NCBI GenBank assembly: GCA_965645245.1
Contig: OZ287076.1
Coordinates: 806,001 to 870,000 of the forward strand
Reading direction: 5' to 3'
Length of the DNA stretch: 64,000 nucleotides
Source: Massalongia carnosa
Lineage: Eukaryota
The position numbers and the translations under genes are program-made. The notes beneath the pieces are model-generated. The model was not told the origin of the DNA. It did no database searches and was given only the letters and a program-made list of their open reading frames with translations. Shown one piece after another: positions 48,082 to 62,300 of the stretch. The first letter of the stretch is position 1. The number at the start of each line of letters is the position of its first letter.

Positions 48082-49834
48082 CTACACCCCTTCCAAACCC
48101 TTCGCACCAGTCACGGTTACCCAATCGTCCTCGGCGGCGCCCTCCTCCCAATCCCCAGCCTTCCCCTCGCCCCTTAAGCATGCTCTCCCGCTAGCGCCGT
48201 GAAACTCCAACAGCGCCTCCCTTGCGTCCCCTCGGATAGCCTCAATCTCTCTTCCCACTACCCCCTTGCGGTCCCTTATGATCTTAACTCCGGCCCAATC
48301 GATATCCAAGCTACCGCTGGTCGTTTTGCCGTGGATGCGGCCCTCCCAATGCGCGGGATAGGCCAGGTCGAGGGAGCCGGAGACGTGGTGGTGCGTAGCG
48401 CTGAGGTGACGGATCGGTAGGCTGGGGTGCGAGAGGGAGGGGTGTACGGACACGGAGGTGTAACCGCTGACAGTGCGGGTGCTAATATGGCAGCCAGAGA
48501 AGTCCGGAAGGGATTCGAAGGGGTGAATTTCGGCACGAATGTCGCCGGACGTGGTGAATAAGATGGAGTGTAAAGTATGCAGCAGGATTGCGTCAAGGGA
48601 GCCAGAGGTGCTGCTGAGGTGCGATTGATACTTCCTGTTTGGAATTGAGGTGTGATTGGTTGGGATTAGAGTTGTGGCATAGATGGAGCTAGAGGTACTG
48701 GAGAGGACGAGGGAGGCTGGTTTGGTATCGGCGCCTTGGGGGTTTGATTTCGGCACAATGAATATGGAGATTGTACCGGAGATGGTGGTGATGGAGAGGA
48801 GTTCATAGAGTGGGTAGGTTCCTGTGATGGAGCCCGAGATGGTGTGTATGACGATTTCGCGGGAGCGGAACGTCCCGAGGGGTTTGGAAGGTTCGGGGGC
48901 TTCCACGACGATGGGGCGGGAGACGGTGGAGAGCTTGGTACGACCAAGTACGCTGTAATCCTGTTTGCTGTAAACGGTTATGGGCAGTGAGTGACTATCA
49001 ATTTCTAGGTTCTCTAACGTAACACCAGGGGAGATCCAAATCGTAGCTTGGATGCGAACAGATGGAAATAAGCTGCTTGAGAGGTGGCTTGGTGTTCTGA
49101 TGATCAGGCTATCCACGGTATGCTCAAAGAACTCGTCACGTATGAGCTGAGAGTCTGAAGCCTGAGCCTGAACATCGACTCGCACGCTCATGTCCATGCG
49201 TTCCCTAGCCTGCCTAATGTGAATTTCGCCTTCAATGGCTACAGGCCTCACAAAGGGGTTGCCTTGGTGTTCAACCACTTGAGACAGAGAGAACCTGCAC
49301 CATGGAGGGCCTCTGGACCCGATACCGAACATGTAGGTCCTCTGAATGCCATCATATGTCTTGACCGTTGAAGTAATCGTATTTAAACCGTCAAATTGTA
49401 GAGTGGAGCTTAATTTCTGAAAGGCATGTTAGGTTGAGATGTCTGATAGGACTGATGGAAACATGAAAACGTCTAGAAGGCTTAGAAAGGTTCATAAACG
49501 CAACAAGAAATATAGGAAATAGGAAACAAATATAAGAAACTAAATAAGTCATAAAAAAAAACGAAATATGGCTAACACATGTTCTCACGAAAGCGTTGAC
49601 CGCGAAGCCAGTCATCAGAACTGCCATCAATATCATGATGATAGATCTCCCTGCAGCCCAGATTTTGCCGCACAGACTTCCCTTTGACAGGTAGGGACCT
49701 TCATCATGATACTTCACAGCACTAGAGGCTTCACACTGGCCTAATAAGTCGTCGTCAGACTTCCCGCCTTGAGGGCTTCTGCCGTCGTGGCAGGAATGCA
49801 GCCTGGTCTGTGGCGGCAGTTTGGGGGTTTTCAT
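48082..49834 (-). CDS. Membrane-anchored protein with a DUF4097/putative-adhesin-like beta-helix repeat domain, 2 exons
   Basis: ATG at 49834 and a TM segment IIMILMAVLMTGFAVNAF. Phase-0 intron (donor 49588 or 49576, acceptor 49417). Repeated T-x-SG-S-I strands (TISGSI, TISGTI, STSGSL, TTSGDI, TVSGYT, HVSGSL, TTSGSL). Confidence 0.75.
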
Positions 49835-49982
49835 AGTTATTTAGGTTCCGAAGTCTTCTTATCAATGAAAGAATCTGATGAATATTGTCGTTTCTTGAAG
49901 TAAAGAGCCCTTGCATTAGTCTATGGTGTTTAACAGAATTCGTCAAGATGGCTACGCGGGGCTACAAGTAGTTGACTATGTA

Positions 49983-50213
49983 CAGCCCCCCTATCAACTT
50001 TTTACACCCCCACTGCTTTGAATTATCAACCACCAAGTTTTTATTTTGATGCCTTGAAACTTCGTACGATGATTACATACATTCTAGCAAGGACTTTGGG
50101 CTGAGAAATATATTTTTAATATTTCGTATACCATCCTTTCGATTGGATGCAAGCTTCAATCCTTTTTTCCATGCTCTCCATTAAACTTCTCAACATTTCC
50201 TCATCTATCAAAG
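49983..50213 (-). mobile_element. 3' end fragment of a Tc1/mariner DNA transposon (transposase C-terminus plus one TIR)
   Basis: Encodes IDEEMLRSLMESMEKRIEACIQSKGWYTKY* (stop at 50116), matching the Tc1-type SMxxRxxAxIxxxGWYTKY end. Terminus TA|CAGCCCCCCTATCAACTTTTTACACCCC at 49981-50010. No partner TIR seen. Confidence 0.75.
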
Positions 50214-51203
50214 GCCCATGCTTCTTCTGTTGAACAAAAAACCAACCAGGCATACGGCAGCGGGATGCAGGAGAAGAGGGTCTAGGGCTATCAAGGATAG
50301 GCAAAGAGAAGTGCTTGGCAAACGTGATGCAGATACTCCGTACTTCCAGTGAAGATAGTCCAAATTTAGCTATCTGCTGAACTGAATTCTGAACGACTGA
50401 ATAGCTAAATTACATGAGGAATCACCGTCTCTTTATACTGCTTGAGGGCCTCCATCTCGGCCTATATCAAATGCATGAACCTGCTTCCTTTGAACCTTTT
50501 CAGCTGGGCAAAATACACCTTGTTGCTGACCGGAGACACCGAGATACTCAGTGATCATGAACAGCTGAATTGGCTCCGAAATGTAGCATTTTTGCTGCAT
50601 ACCTTTGCCTCCTCGTAGTTGCCGAAGTCGTGCCGATATCTGAAGCTTTTCGCATATAGCATATGATTGCCTAATCTGGAAATTAGTAAGCAGGAGGCAA
50701 AAGAACCTCGGTCGCAAATATTCAGGTATCTTCCAACGCTTTCCAAAGTACCTCGCGGACCTTATCATGTACACAGTATGTCAAGCGATGACGACCCCCT
50801 CTATGCCTAATCCACCCCTGACTCACTTCCATCAAGTCGATTTCATCCATCAATTACATCTCATTATTTTCAGAAAGAGCCTTATCAATTTCAAAGTTCT
50901 TCATTTCGTAAGTTCTATCGATCTGGGCAACTGATATAAACTCGTGACTCTATCGCGCTTCATCAAGTGATTTAAGATCCGCGCCGCTGTCAACGAAGAA
51001 ACACTTCGTTTTGGAAGAGATAGGGGTCCAAGGGGAGGGGAAAGAATGAAGACAGGAGATCCGTAATCAACCTGTAAAAAAATGCTAAGTCGGTGCTGTC
51101 TTCACTTCCGGTAAAGGTTTCGCTTTGCGAAAAACAGCTGATGCTCACCCCCACCTAATCACGAGCCATCTGTCACCCCTAGTCCAGCTTCTCCATCCTC
51201 CAC

Positions 51204-53389
51204 TCAAAAACTGAAACCGCCCGGAAACCCCCCCGCGGTGCTTCCCCTTGCCCGTCCTCCCCTCGCCGAAGGCCCTGAAGCCGATGCTCCAAACGGCCCT
51301 CCGGCACCCCCTGCCCCACCAGTGGAGAAGCTGAACCCTCCCCCACCTCCCCCACCATGCCCTCCCATCATGTTGAAAATGACCTCTGGGGAAATGTTCA
51401 TACCGGCCGGGAAACCCCCGCCCCCACCACCATGACCCGCCCCACCGAAAAGATCATGTGGATCGACTAGATCCTCGCCACTGTCATACCTCGCCTTCTT
51501 TTCCGGATCGCTCAATGTCTCATACGCCTCTCCAATCTCCTTGAATCGCCCCGCTGCATCTTCGTCATCAGGATTCTTGTCAGGATGATGCACAATAGCC
51601 AATTTACGATATGCACGCTTCACATCTGCCTCAGTGGCATCCTTCTCGACGCCAAGGATCTTGTAAAAGTCCTTACGTTTGCTCTTTTTAAGCTCAAGTT
51701 CCGCGGCACGAAGTTCGCGTGGAAGGGTTGCGTCCTGTGGGTTGGCGTCGCAGAGGGCTTTCAACTCGCGGGTTGCGGCGGCCCAGTCGCCAGATTCACC
51801 AAGGGCCTTAGCGCGCGTTTTTTGAGCTTTGATATAGGTCGGCTCGAGGGAAAGCGCGCGGTCGCAGTCGGCGATAGCCGATTTGTAGTCCTTGAGCTAT
51901 TTTCGTAAGATTAGACGGAGAGGAGTACTTGAGGTAGAATTTTAGCGGGGATAGGGAGTTGGTACCTTTATCAGCGCTGCCGCCCTGTTTTGTAATATCT
52001 TTGAATTAGTGCCTTTGTTCAGCGGATCTACCTCGAGTGCCTGGCCATACAAATCGACGGCCTGCCGAAACCTATTCGCTTTAAATGCCACATTTCCCTC
52101 CTCCTTCATGCGATCCAGCTTCTGCACCAACCGTAGATATTTCACCGCGTCTTTGAAGTCTGGGTCGCAGTTAAGGGCTTCCCGAAAATGTTGAAGGGCT
52201 TTTTCGTTGTCCCCTTGCCCGTATAATGCTCTTCCCCGCAACACCAGCGCCTCTGGATCCTTGCTGTTTTTCCGTAGTAATGCCATCGCCATTGTTTGCG
52301 CTTCTCCCAACGCGTTAACGTGTCCCATTTTAAGATATGCTTCTCCCCGCATCAGCTGCCATTTTCTAGGTCTTTCCACCCCAAACCCCAAACCTCGTTC
52401 CGCCTGATCGAGCGCATGTATGGCCATCGAGCCGGCTGTGCCTTCACGCAGGACATTCTCCGCTTGGGTAACATGCTTCTGCATAGAGTCCGCATGAGCC
52501 TTTTCCTGTGGTGTGACGGGTTGGATGGAGGATATGCGTGTAAAGACATCAAGAGAATCTGCCGGTCTGCCTAGATTAACGTAGATTCTTGCCAACCGAT
52601 GTAGTAATTTAACATTCTTTGGTTCTATTTCTTCCGCTTTTTTTGAGTCTGCCAATGCCTCTTCGTATCGATTCGCAGACATGTACGCTGCGGCTCGATT
52701 TGACAGATAAGTGACGGAGTTGGGCTCAACGCTAAGGGCTTACGCCGGGTCATGATTGTCAGCTAGGTGTGGAAAAAGCGAAAAGGTAGTTTGAAATTTT
52801 GTCCTGTCAAGCATAGGCCCTCACCTTTGGTGTATTCCTTAATCGCTTGCTTGTAGTCCTTGCATATGAAATACCTGTTCCCTAGTGTCTTGTATGCCTC
52901 CGCATCGATTGTAGGCTGTGAAGACGGATTTTGCATTGCTGGGGTTCGTGGTGCAGGAGGCGGTGATGAGGCTGTATTTATCCCATGGGGAGGAGGTACC
53001 GGACTTTCATCGCTATTGCAATCTTCCTGCGTTCCACCATTCATATCTTTAAAGATCCCTGGCGGCACAAGAGGTGGACTGGATGCGACGCTAGGAGCTT
53101 GACTATCGTGGTCCCATTCCATTGCAGCGGAGGCCTCGCCAGGCCCGTCCATGGCGGAGCGTCTTCGCTCCCGCTCTTCGGGGGGAAGATTAAGAGGATG
53201 TGTGTCAGTATTCAAGAGGTGGCGGGAGCTACGAGTCCGGGGGTTTTTCTGAATAGAGCGCGGCTCTCGTTCTCTCAGCGGCTTCGTAGGAGACCTGGAA
53301 GAAGATTTCGTGGAGTGCGGATTGGCCTTGGAGTCGGGGTCCGATTTCTTCTTGGGTGAGGATTTGGAAAAAAAGGTTGGGAGAACCAT
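51204..53389 (-). CDS. TPR-repeat DnaJ co-chaperone (DNAJC7/Tpr2-like), 3 exons, ~676 aa
   Basis: Exons 53389-52825, 52738-51966 and 51896-51204 total 2031 nt. Multiple TPRs ([31 protein letters not shown]), J domain DFYKILGV...HHPDKN...[23 protein letters not shown]-rich tail. Confidence 0.95.
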
Positions 53390-54248
53390 GGAGATGACGC
53401 TGGCGGCGGGTAGGTAACGCTTGAGTAGAGGAAACCGGGCTTGCGACAAAGGCCTATCCCTGCATGCACGAAAAAGGTAGGACGGTTTTGGCGTAAACCT
53501 TCTGCCTTTTTTGCTCGTGCGGACGGGCAGCGACAGCTTCTAATTGCAAATACTGTCTTCTCACACTCTCATAATGGCTAGATCAAACAGTGTGAGGTTG
53601 CCGTCTGTTGCACGACCTGACAACGGAACTAACGCTACGTTCAAAGAAACAATTCGGGCATCTATTGTCCAACGAATATTTTTGGACTGGGGTAGTGAAA
53701 GCCCTTCTCGAAGCTTCCACTTTGCTGGGCGACCGGATTGGTCTGTGTGAATAGAACCGGAATGGATCAACAAACCGCCAGGAAAACCAATGTGGATTTA
53801 CGTTTGCAAATCATATGCAGCGATGATAAACATAAAAACAAAATCGGTCAAAGTCATAGGTTCTTTCAATACATTCGAAAACACATCGACGAGAAACATC
53901 GGCGATCCGCCTTGCTGAGCATTATTGCTCCCTATATCGATACAAAGACCTCCTTTTTCACGTCTAGCCCCAACAATATCCCATCTTCCATGACTCATGC
54001 AACACTCGCTCACCCTAGGCTAGGGGAGGGTACGACTACTTCGGGCAAATGTCCTATGATTCAGGTATATCTATGGCCGTAATCGTAACGTTTATACCCA
54101 AAAAGAGGCTTCGAACAAGGAGAAGAAAGAAATGAACGTTCCCACGGCCTGCATCCATGGCCTCAAACAACGTTCACAAAAGTTGGCCTAACTCATGGCA
54201 AAGATTGCGTAAAGGGCCGAACGGCCCTCCTACAGTAGTGGCATCTCT

Positions 54249-56035
54249 TCATCCAGATACGCTAAAGGCCGAATCCAAGGAGTACGGCGACCCATCGCGT
54301 GTTTCCGATGGCGTAGGCGTGGACTTTAATGCCTTGGCGGCTTTTGAATGTGAGACCTCTCGTCGCCGTTTGGGAGTGTCCTTTACCTTTTGATGTGTGT
54401 GGCACTGACGTAATCGTTAGCTCTCGATCACGCAAACGATAAGCACCATCGCACACCTTGTAAGCATGTCTGAACCATGTGGTACCCTTTTTCTTGCTGC
54501 TGATCAAAGCAATCCAATCCCTGCAGCTATGACAGAGTCCTTCCCATACGTCAGGATTGCCCTTCATGCGCCTGGTCTCTTTTGGGCCTTCAAATGCACT
54601 TCCGGTAGCGGCGCTAATGCCATGGGTAAAGCTCTTGTCGTACCAGAAGGCCGAATTCTTCAAGACTAGCCAGCGTCCAGGTTTGCAGATACCGCACCAG
54701 CCCTCACGTCTATTGCCATGACCTCGCACATACTTTGGGGTATACAAATCGCCGTCAAATCGAAGCTCTTGGGCGCGGGGGATCTCGGAATCCTCGGATT
54801 CGACATCTTCTGGTGGTGGCGAAAGCTGGTCTTCCGTGAGAGGGCGAAAGAGATCAGGCGGCTTGGATGATCCTGGAAACTGGTGCTCACATTTCGTTCG
54901 TGCAGGGTTGCTGCTATGAAGGACGTTTACAGTTTTTGGCGATGTTTGGAGGGAGGCGCACGTGGCGTCGTAACTTGGCTCTCCCGTTGATGGAGGAACG
55001 AACAAGCCATTCTGAGCGAACTGAGCGCTTGAAAAGTTGGGGGTTGCAGGTTGGCAGAATATGTCAAAATCAATATCCTGGATAGTCGACATGGGATTTG
55101 CGCTCGATGAGTGAAATGCTTGACAAGGCTCAAATCCCATCGGTGGAGATGCGCGGTGGATGAATGGCGAGCTGCGCTGCGGTCTTGACAAGGCCAAGGC
55201 GCCAGTCGACATGCTCCTGCCACGGCCACTGGCCGCAGGGTATGGGGAGCTACGATACGTAGATCTTGGAGAGGATTCGATAGCCCCTCGAGAGCCTTGC
55301 TTGGCAAATCGGCTCTGCGGAAGTTCAGACGACCCATTCTTTGAGGATAGGACAGATTCAAGACCAGGCATCATTGTGTTTAGGTTGAGACAAGTTGAAT
55401 CTGAGTTGTTTGAAAGCTCGGGGAACTCCGAAACAAATCCTCCGCTGGAATCTGATATGGAAGACCAGGAACGTCCTTCAGGCGACCCCGGATCGAAAAT
55501 GAACGGTTCCAGTTCGGTGAGAACGGCTGGGTAAGGATACGCATTTGCATCGTTGGCGTTCACAATCATCGAGTGCATGTCGGTACCTAGCGGCTCCAAG
55601 CCTAATCCAAAATCTCCATATTCCGTGTGCTTCGGGGTGTGCCGATTGAGATTAAGCGCTGTAACGATAGTATCTCAGCATGGCGCTATGAACGGCATTC
55701 AACGATTACTTACCATCATCCCATAAGTCGGTTGCCTCCTGAATATTAGGAGTTTGCCCCGCGGAGAAATACGAGTGCCCAAAATCCGTTGATTTGGGAG
55801 TATATGCCGGATTGCTTGGGGTCCCTCGAGGCTGACCGTATGTGATATGCGAACTCATCGACGGCGTGTATCTGGGGGGGATTGGTGCTGGAAACGGCGG
55901 GCGAGTATTCCATCCGTCGACTGAGGCTGTCCTGGTTGGCGCTGGCCGATACTGTTGGTGCGGCATGTTGACGGGAAATCGTGAGCGATTCAGATGGTCA
56001 GGGACTCGATACGAGCGATATGGATTAAATGGCAT
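54249..56035 (-). CDS. Rua1 C-terminal (DUF4451)/Mug152-like Cys/His-domain protein, probable transcription regulator, 3 exons, ~559 aa
   Basis: Exons 56035-55714, 55658-54457 and 54404-54249 total 1680 nt. DLYTPKYVRGHGNRREGWCGICKPGRWLVLKNSAFWYDKSFTHGISAATG...WEGLCHSC...WFRHAYKCH. Confidence 0.85.
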
Positions 56036-57442
56036 GGAGATGCTGGTGGATAACTGCAGACTGAAGATGGCGCACGTCAGCTATATCAACGGACGCTACT
56101 TTCGATGACCTAATCTCGTACCATCGAGCCGTGTGGGCGTCCATTCTATTGGAATGCTAGTCTGCATAAGGGTCAGCCATGTGGAGCAGGCAAATGTTTC
56201 GGCCGTCCCGGTTGATGGACACACAGCAAGGGCTCTGAATGCATTCCACTTACATGGGGACTTTGCGTGCTGCGCAACGTGTCGGAAGCGACGGACAAGA
56301 GTGGAAAAGCGAAGGGGACGACGGAAGGCAGATTATTAGTGTTAAGATGCGTCCAGCGCCACCGAGGACCAGCTCTATGAACAGAATGAGCGTGTCCACA
56401 AAAGAATGTAAAGCACGAAAAGACGGCAGGAAAAGAAAGTCAATGCGCCGCAGTCACATGGAGGGGTCGGAGAAAGGTAGAAGGGCCATGAGAAGGTACG
56501 AGGTATGTATAGCAAATATTTGGATAGAGTCCGAGAGAGCCGTTTGGATTACCGCCCTTTGTTCTCCATCCGTATAATTCTTTTGGGAAAGGATGGACTG
56601 GGCTTCGTGAATCCAACAAGCACGAGCAAGAGAACCATGTCAGGATACGTGGTATTGGATTATCATGATGAGACCAGGCGGTTTGAATAGGAGTGTCTGT
56701 TAGACTGTTTTACTCTTTTACATTCCTCGTCAAATAGATCAGGATAGCTAGACGCTTGGAGGGAAAAAGGGTTGATTGGGGAAGTGGTGGGAGTACGACC
56801 TGGGGTGTTGGCTGGCGAGACGGCAATCCATGAGGATGTCAGGTAGGATCGGTGGCGGCTAGTTAGCTAGCAAAAGAATGGGGGAAAGAGAAGGTGATTA
56901 AGAGGGGCATGGGAATGGGATGTGATAGGCAGGAGATGAACAGGGTGAGGCAGGGAACGAGTGGAACGACAGGGTTGCGCACAGTGAAGCTCGGGACATG
57001 GTATGCCGCCATGCAGGGAAATGACGAAACAGGGTCGAGGGAAGTGGGGGGTTCGCTAAGATATCCATCCTTACCAACTCTCCCTCCTGGAAGGACCCGG
57101 GATAGGTTGATAGCCTCGATTCGGAGACTAGGGAAGGGCGGTAGGTATTCGAGAGCCTTGGAAGGAGAGAACACCTCAGTACGTAAGGAAGATAGTCAGC
57201 AAGCAGGCTTGTGGATGCATATCTTTCGTGACGCCTGCTGACTGCCTCTATGATCTAAAAATTACGATTACATCCGATACCAGTTGACCGTTAACATGCC
57301 CGATCTGGCGTTTAGAAGACGTACAATCCGTCCGGTATAGGTCTGTCGCTTGATAGGGGAGTTTCGGTGAGGCTCGTTAATTGAAGCACCGAGTAGGTAG
57401 GTACAGAGTATCCGTGGTGAAGATGAAACTCTCCGAGAGATG

Positions 57443-57472
57443 TAGGGTGCGCTAGGGTGCGCTAGGGTGCGC
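57443..57472 (+). repeat. Perfect 10-bp tandem repeat (TAGGGTGCGC)3
   Basis: Directly visible. Confidence 0.85.
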
Positions 57473-59375
57473 TCGGCTAACCGAACCCACCAGCTAGTTA
57501 CCCAGTTAGATGCACTACTTCATACATGGATTTTCGTCTCGCTTAAGCTAAGCCCTGCTTCTTTCGGTTTCCAGGGTCCACCTCCCGCGGCGGGAACAAA
57601 GAATAATGAGATGAATGGACCTGAGGCACGGAACAATCACCTCGTACTCGCTCCAGTCCAAATTCCCTGGTAATTTGTACCGATACGCTGTGGGAAAACA
57701 ACTCTGTAGGTATTGCTGACAAACGACCTCGGCCCTGCTCCTCGTGGGAGAACGTGTGGTACTCTGTGCCATTCTAAGTATATACACCATCGGGACAAAC
57801 ATATCGATCATGCATTTCAGAGCAATCAATCACTGGGTGCTCCATGCATATACACCAGGAGGAGAAGCTGGACAAACGAGTCTTCGACAACGGCAAACAT
57901 GTCCGAGACAGCGATCTTCAAGGGAAGACACGATGGCCGTCTTGGGACAGCGAGGACTTACCTTACCACCAGAACTCCGCGCCAGTCATGACCACGCTCG
58001 CGGCCATGTTCTGGATGTCTGTGAATATCTAGGTGTGGCAACCTTCGATAGCATGCAGACGGTCACCAGAGGAGACGACGAGGATGATGATGAGAGGATA
58101 AGAGGATAAGAGGATGATGATGGCACAACGGAGATAAAGGATTGTCCCGTGTTTGCCTGGTCCCTCCCATGATATCTCACTAAAAACCACTTGATGAGAC
58201 ATCCGGTCCTTCCCTTCCGGCCTAGAAAGACATCTCAAAAGTACCTAAATCTGTCGGAGGGAGGTAACCGGGTGTGGAGTCGTGCGATAGCCAGTCCCTA
58301 GTTAGACGCCGAGATCTCGATCCTTTAACGCCAGGTGGGGGCTTTAAGGCTTGCTTCATCGCCACAGGGGTCTGGATAGTTATAGGTATCTTCAAAGAGC
58401 AAGGGGTTGCATCGTTTCGGTGCCACATTCTGCTACTGCTGCTTCCAGTCGGGCTTGACGGTATATGATTTGAACTCTACACAGGTTTAATCATCTTCAC
58501 ATTAATGTAAGATACCTAAGCGGAAGAGGCTGTCTGAATACTCTGTAAAGTGAAGGAAGAAATGGTGGGCGGTCTACATCCTCGGAAAGGAAAATGGGAA
58601 AAAAGGGATCAACTCCCCATATCCCACATACATCACCCAGCCGCTCATTGTACCGTTCCTGCAGTAGCGCACGCAAGAGATACCTCCCCTGTCTGGGTGC
58701 AAGGGTGAACGACAGAGTGCCAGCCCAACACTTCACCTGCCTTAGGGGTCCTGAGTGAATCATCACAGGTGCCGTATCCATACCCTGTACTCTGTATTAT
58801 GTATTTCAGTTTATTCCACCTCCGATCTCACTACTCATCAATCAGAATATTTAACCATCATAGCCGTGGTCCACACACACGCGATTTGCTTTACTGTCAA
58901 TAGCTGCGCCATACTCATATCCACTGTCAGCTTATAAAGCACCATCCATTTGGGTTCACCCCACGGGATTCTTTGGGCGTCCTATGTAGAGTACTGTACA
59001 CGTAAGGAGCTCTTTTTGCCTCGGTGGGTAGGACATCAGCCTCTTTGGGGAAGCGGGATTTGAGTCCTTCGTCATTCCTTCTTCGTCATTTGACATGAAG
59101 CGCAGCAAACCGCGTGCTTGCAATAAAATAATCATGTCGTCGGCTCCTTCAGCGAAATTGCGATGAAGGGAATCGAAATCGATATCGATATCGATTTGTT
59201 CAACTTTCGTGTCAACGGTATCACCAGTAAGATAACTCCACGATTATCAGGACTAGACTGCTGGACCACATCGTGGCAACGGGGGAAGTTCGTGAGTAGC
59301 CACAACTCTCGTATCCACGCCCATAGCGGTCGCTCGCTCACCTCGACCACATTCCCTCCGATGCTGCCGCTTTGT

Positions 59376-62300
59376 TCACTTTAGCTGCCTAATTCGCTCT
59401 TGGCTGCAGCTCTCGCAATATGATTCGTACCAAGCACGGATAGCGCCGTCGTGCGTGGACTTACCCTTTAATGCTCGATTGTATACATCCCTCTCATTTG
59501 GCTGCAGCGCCTCAGTGCCATTTTCACGGATCATGATTCCTAATCGTTGACACTTGCGGTTCTCCCCCGCAAGCCAGTGCTCCCATTCGGCTTGCACCAT
59601 TTCGCGTTCAATGCTGTTGATAACACGCAACGCAACGAGCAGATCATGTCGATGCGACCCCATCTGCTGACGAGTCAATCGCAACCGACGAGTAGTGCCT
59701 CTACTGGCTAGTCCTAAAGATGATGCTTCTGTTGGTGCGTCCATGTCGCTAAGGCTGATAATCTTTCGAAAGGTCTCGTGGCTGTGTCCGCTTTAGCTCA
59801 TGATTAGTCCATGCATGCTAAAAAGAACTACGTACCATTTATTCTCGGGTCTCTTGATGGCCCCGGTATCTCCAGTAGCAACACTGTAAAGATCATACAA
59901 GTAGATAGTCTTGCTCATCCTAAGGTTGGGGCCGACGCCCATCCGCGCCATGAAATTCCCTGCGTTTCGCTCCCTCCGCCACTCCCACGTATTGCTTGAC
60001 GACAAGATTAAATTCGTAACAATACTGACCACAAGTACACCTAATATGACGCGATTAGCATTGACGGTCTTCCAACCCCATTGAAGAAAGTTGATAAGCT
60101 CTGTGAGCAGGGACGTTAGTAAGCCCTCCATTGTGGTACCTAGAGCCTCAAATAACAGATGTGGCAACGTGTACTTTCGCATAGTCCGCCGCGTACGGGA
60201 TATCAAAGGTAGGTCGGTACCAGTAAATTCAGAAGCCTGAGTCTGCTGCCCGACTGACCCGAATATTTGTATGGCCTTCTTAGTACGACTTTGGGGCCCA
60301 AGCTTTCTGACTTGGTCGTTGATAACATCTGCAAGATCCAAAGCATCTAGCTTGAGGTCGGCGAGCGCGTGACGAGTGATTACATCTCAGAAGTCAGCAC
60401 ACTTAGCAGAATACAGAAGGAAGAGGCCTACCCTGGGCATATCCAGGAGACTTGATCCAATCAACCTTTATGTAAATGGCAAGTTTACAACTTGATTTGG
60501 CGACGTGCGTAATGACAACTTTACTTAGTAACTGAAAGTTTTGGCTATACGGAAGATGCCAGGGAGTCTTCCTATCTGTCACGACATAGCAGAGGTGATC
60601 ATTCCAAACATCAATTGTTTGATAATCCATCACTTTCCTCTGACGTCGTCGGCCTTAAGTGGTAGTAAGCTAGCTGGAATAAGGAGGTGGAATAGGGGTC
60701 AAAACGGAACTTACCAAATACCCCGGAGTCAATTCGATATTCAAACTCCCGTCGCTGGATACCCTGTTTCAAACGATTCCATGACCCCTGTCTGATGCCT
60801 ATCTGGATGTGAGTACTTAGACCATGGAGTTCATATGTAAGAAAGATTCTTTACATTGTGCTTGGCGTTCATGATAAAGGAGCTGCCACACAGCACTTCT
60901 ATCTCCGAACATGACATGGAACAATGCCTTCGGGCTGATGTCAAAGATCCTTTCGACCGCAACATTATCCATGCCAGTGGGCACAAATGCGACAGGCTGT
61001 CCCGGTAGCTTGAATTTACTATTTTCTTTACCTCCATCAGGCTTACCAACTCCTCCATAGAGCCTGCCATCGACTAAGACTTTAGTTTGGAGATCACGAC
61101 TATCTTTGTGGGAAGCCCGGTGGCTTAACAAAGAGCCATCATCAAGCGGTGTATGGGCTGAGATCTCCTCCCAGCTCTCCAAGCTTGGACTACTCACCGG
61201 ATCCTCCTGCTCGAACTTGATCAGACCATTCATGATGGATTCAAGGTCCAGGCATTGGAGCAAATTACAATTTCTTATCAAGAAATTCAGCCGTCGTTGT
61301 AGAAGCCTGAGTGGCTCGAGGAAAGTCTTGATTGTGACGCGATTAAGTCCGTTTATTTCATCTGTGGCCTTCAAGTGTACAAAAAGAAAGTCGCAGTCTC
61401 TACCGGGTGCGGCGGTCACCTCCGTGATCGAATCTAGACCTATTTCCGAGATAAGAACGAGACCAAGGTGATTGCTATAAAAGTACATCTTTCCCGCTGT
61501 TACATAAACTCGTCCAGGAAATTCCTGTTCATCATTGAGGTTCCACGTAGACCTGAAAACAAGGACTGTCTTTTCGTCCCGACCTATATTAGGAAATAGG
61601 AGTCGAAATTGTGCGTCTTGATTTTTGAGCTGCGGCGGATAGAAACTCGGGTATCCTTCGTGCAAGCTCGGGGCTCCTCGTGAGTCTCCTTTACCATCTT
61701 CGAGGCTCATTACCTGTCGGTAAGATGGTGATGGAAATCGAGGCTCTATGAGAGGCTGATCGTGTCCAGAAGATGTTAGTGCCTGGGTGCTGTCTTCAAT
61801 GCTTCGAGTATTCATGGAAGTCGAGTCGCGGAATTGGGCTCTAAGGTTCTGTGGATCTTTCAACTCCTCTCGCTCGAGCCTATTCAGATAGCCCCAATTT
61901 GAGGTTCCCCATATGTTGGCAATGATGGCACTAGGCATTCCACCGGTTACATCTATGCGACTAGTACCAACTCCTTGTTCTCCATTCACCATAACTGCAA
62001 TGGAGCTCAAATTTGTTGAGGCCGGTGGGTTTACTAGCGTGTTAGGAGCTAGAGTACTCGTTGGCAGTTCCCGGGACGTTGTCATCGAGTGTCCTCGGCC
62101 TGGGGGGTTTTCGGATGGTGGAGGTGGAGGGAGCATCCCCAGTCCGACAGGCATCATATTGTGGCTTGCAGCTATAAGGCTCGCTATACCACCGGTAGGG
62201 ACCGTAGGGCTAGACGATATCGGCCCTGTTGGATATCCTGGTATTTGAGGACCATTGGTTGATTTTCGGTGGAGGTCTAGTTTTTGGATAATCTTCGAAG

